From assembly GCA_964106645.2 (NCBI GenBank), contig OZ067042.1: a DNA stretch of 64,000 bases; one strand, 5' to 3'. How positions within the stretch are numbered: the stretch's first letter is position 1; each line of letters opens with the position of its first letter. Below are positions 63,795 through 64,000 of the stretch, in pieces. Source of the DNA: Podarcis pityusensis (taxonomy: Eukaryota). The notes under the pieces are model-generated. The model had not been told where the DNA came from. It ran no database searches and saw nothing but the letters and a program-made list of their open reading frames with translations. The position numbers and the translations under genes were made by a program.

Positions 63795-63912
63795 TAGAAT
63801 CATAGAATTGCAGAGTTGGAAGGGATGCCGCAGGTCCAAACCCCTGCAATTAAGGGATCTCAGCTAGATCATACATGACAGCTGGTCATCCAACCTCTGC
63901 TTCAAAACCTCA
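63795..63912 (-). mobile_element. CR1 LINE 3' end fragment
   Basis: tagaatcatagaattgcagagttggaaggg tail. Confidence 0.8.
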
Positions 63913-64000
63913 GGCTCCCGGCTTGAGACTTCCCCGCCATCCATTAAGTGGAAGGGGACATGGCTGGGTGATGAGGATGCAGCAGAGGGCTGTCCTCTCA

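Noticed and set aside
37640-64000. Expected neighbour PPP1R3C or other coding exons
   Set aside because: No recognisable RVxF/CBM21 coding sequence or exon chain; the short ORFs look random or repeat-derived.

Overview
Vertebrate genomic DNA, almost certainly a squamate reptile and probably a lacertid lizard, judged from the repeat content (tRNA-headed SINEs with CR1-type tails, L2, CR1 and RTE fragments, many young hAT and Tc1/mariner MITEs). I can support one protein-coding gene: a complete tankyrase-2 (TNKS2) on the minus strand. It has 27 coding exons from ATG 36681 to stop 9296, all introns GT-AG and phase-consistent, giving a 3528-nt CDS (1175 aa: ankyrin repeat clusters, SAM, PARP domain with intact H-Y-E triad and CHCC zinc site). 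The 3'UTR runs about 1.8 kb to an AATAAA at 7517-7522, and a CpG-island promoter lies at about 36.0-37.05 kb. The rest (1-7.4 kb and 37.2-64 kb) is intergenic and transposon-rich. I found no convincing new multi-gene system. The best leads are small-scale hypotheses: a frame-preserving 90-nt exon-like segment in intron 12 at the ARC3-ARC4 linker, with a possible poison exon beside it; a hAT MITE with a perfect TSD that places two inverted ZNF143-like motifs at the promoter edge; a uORF and a possible GUG-initiated extension in the 5' leader; two independent solo LTRs, one with a CCAAT-box array; an OposCharlie1-like MITE; and a MITE containing a perfect 62-bp palindrome. All family and motif names come from recognition, not database searches.
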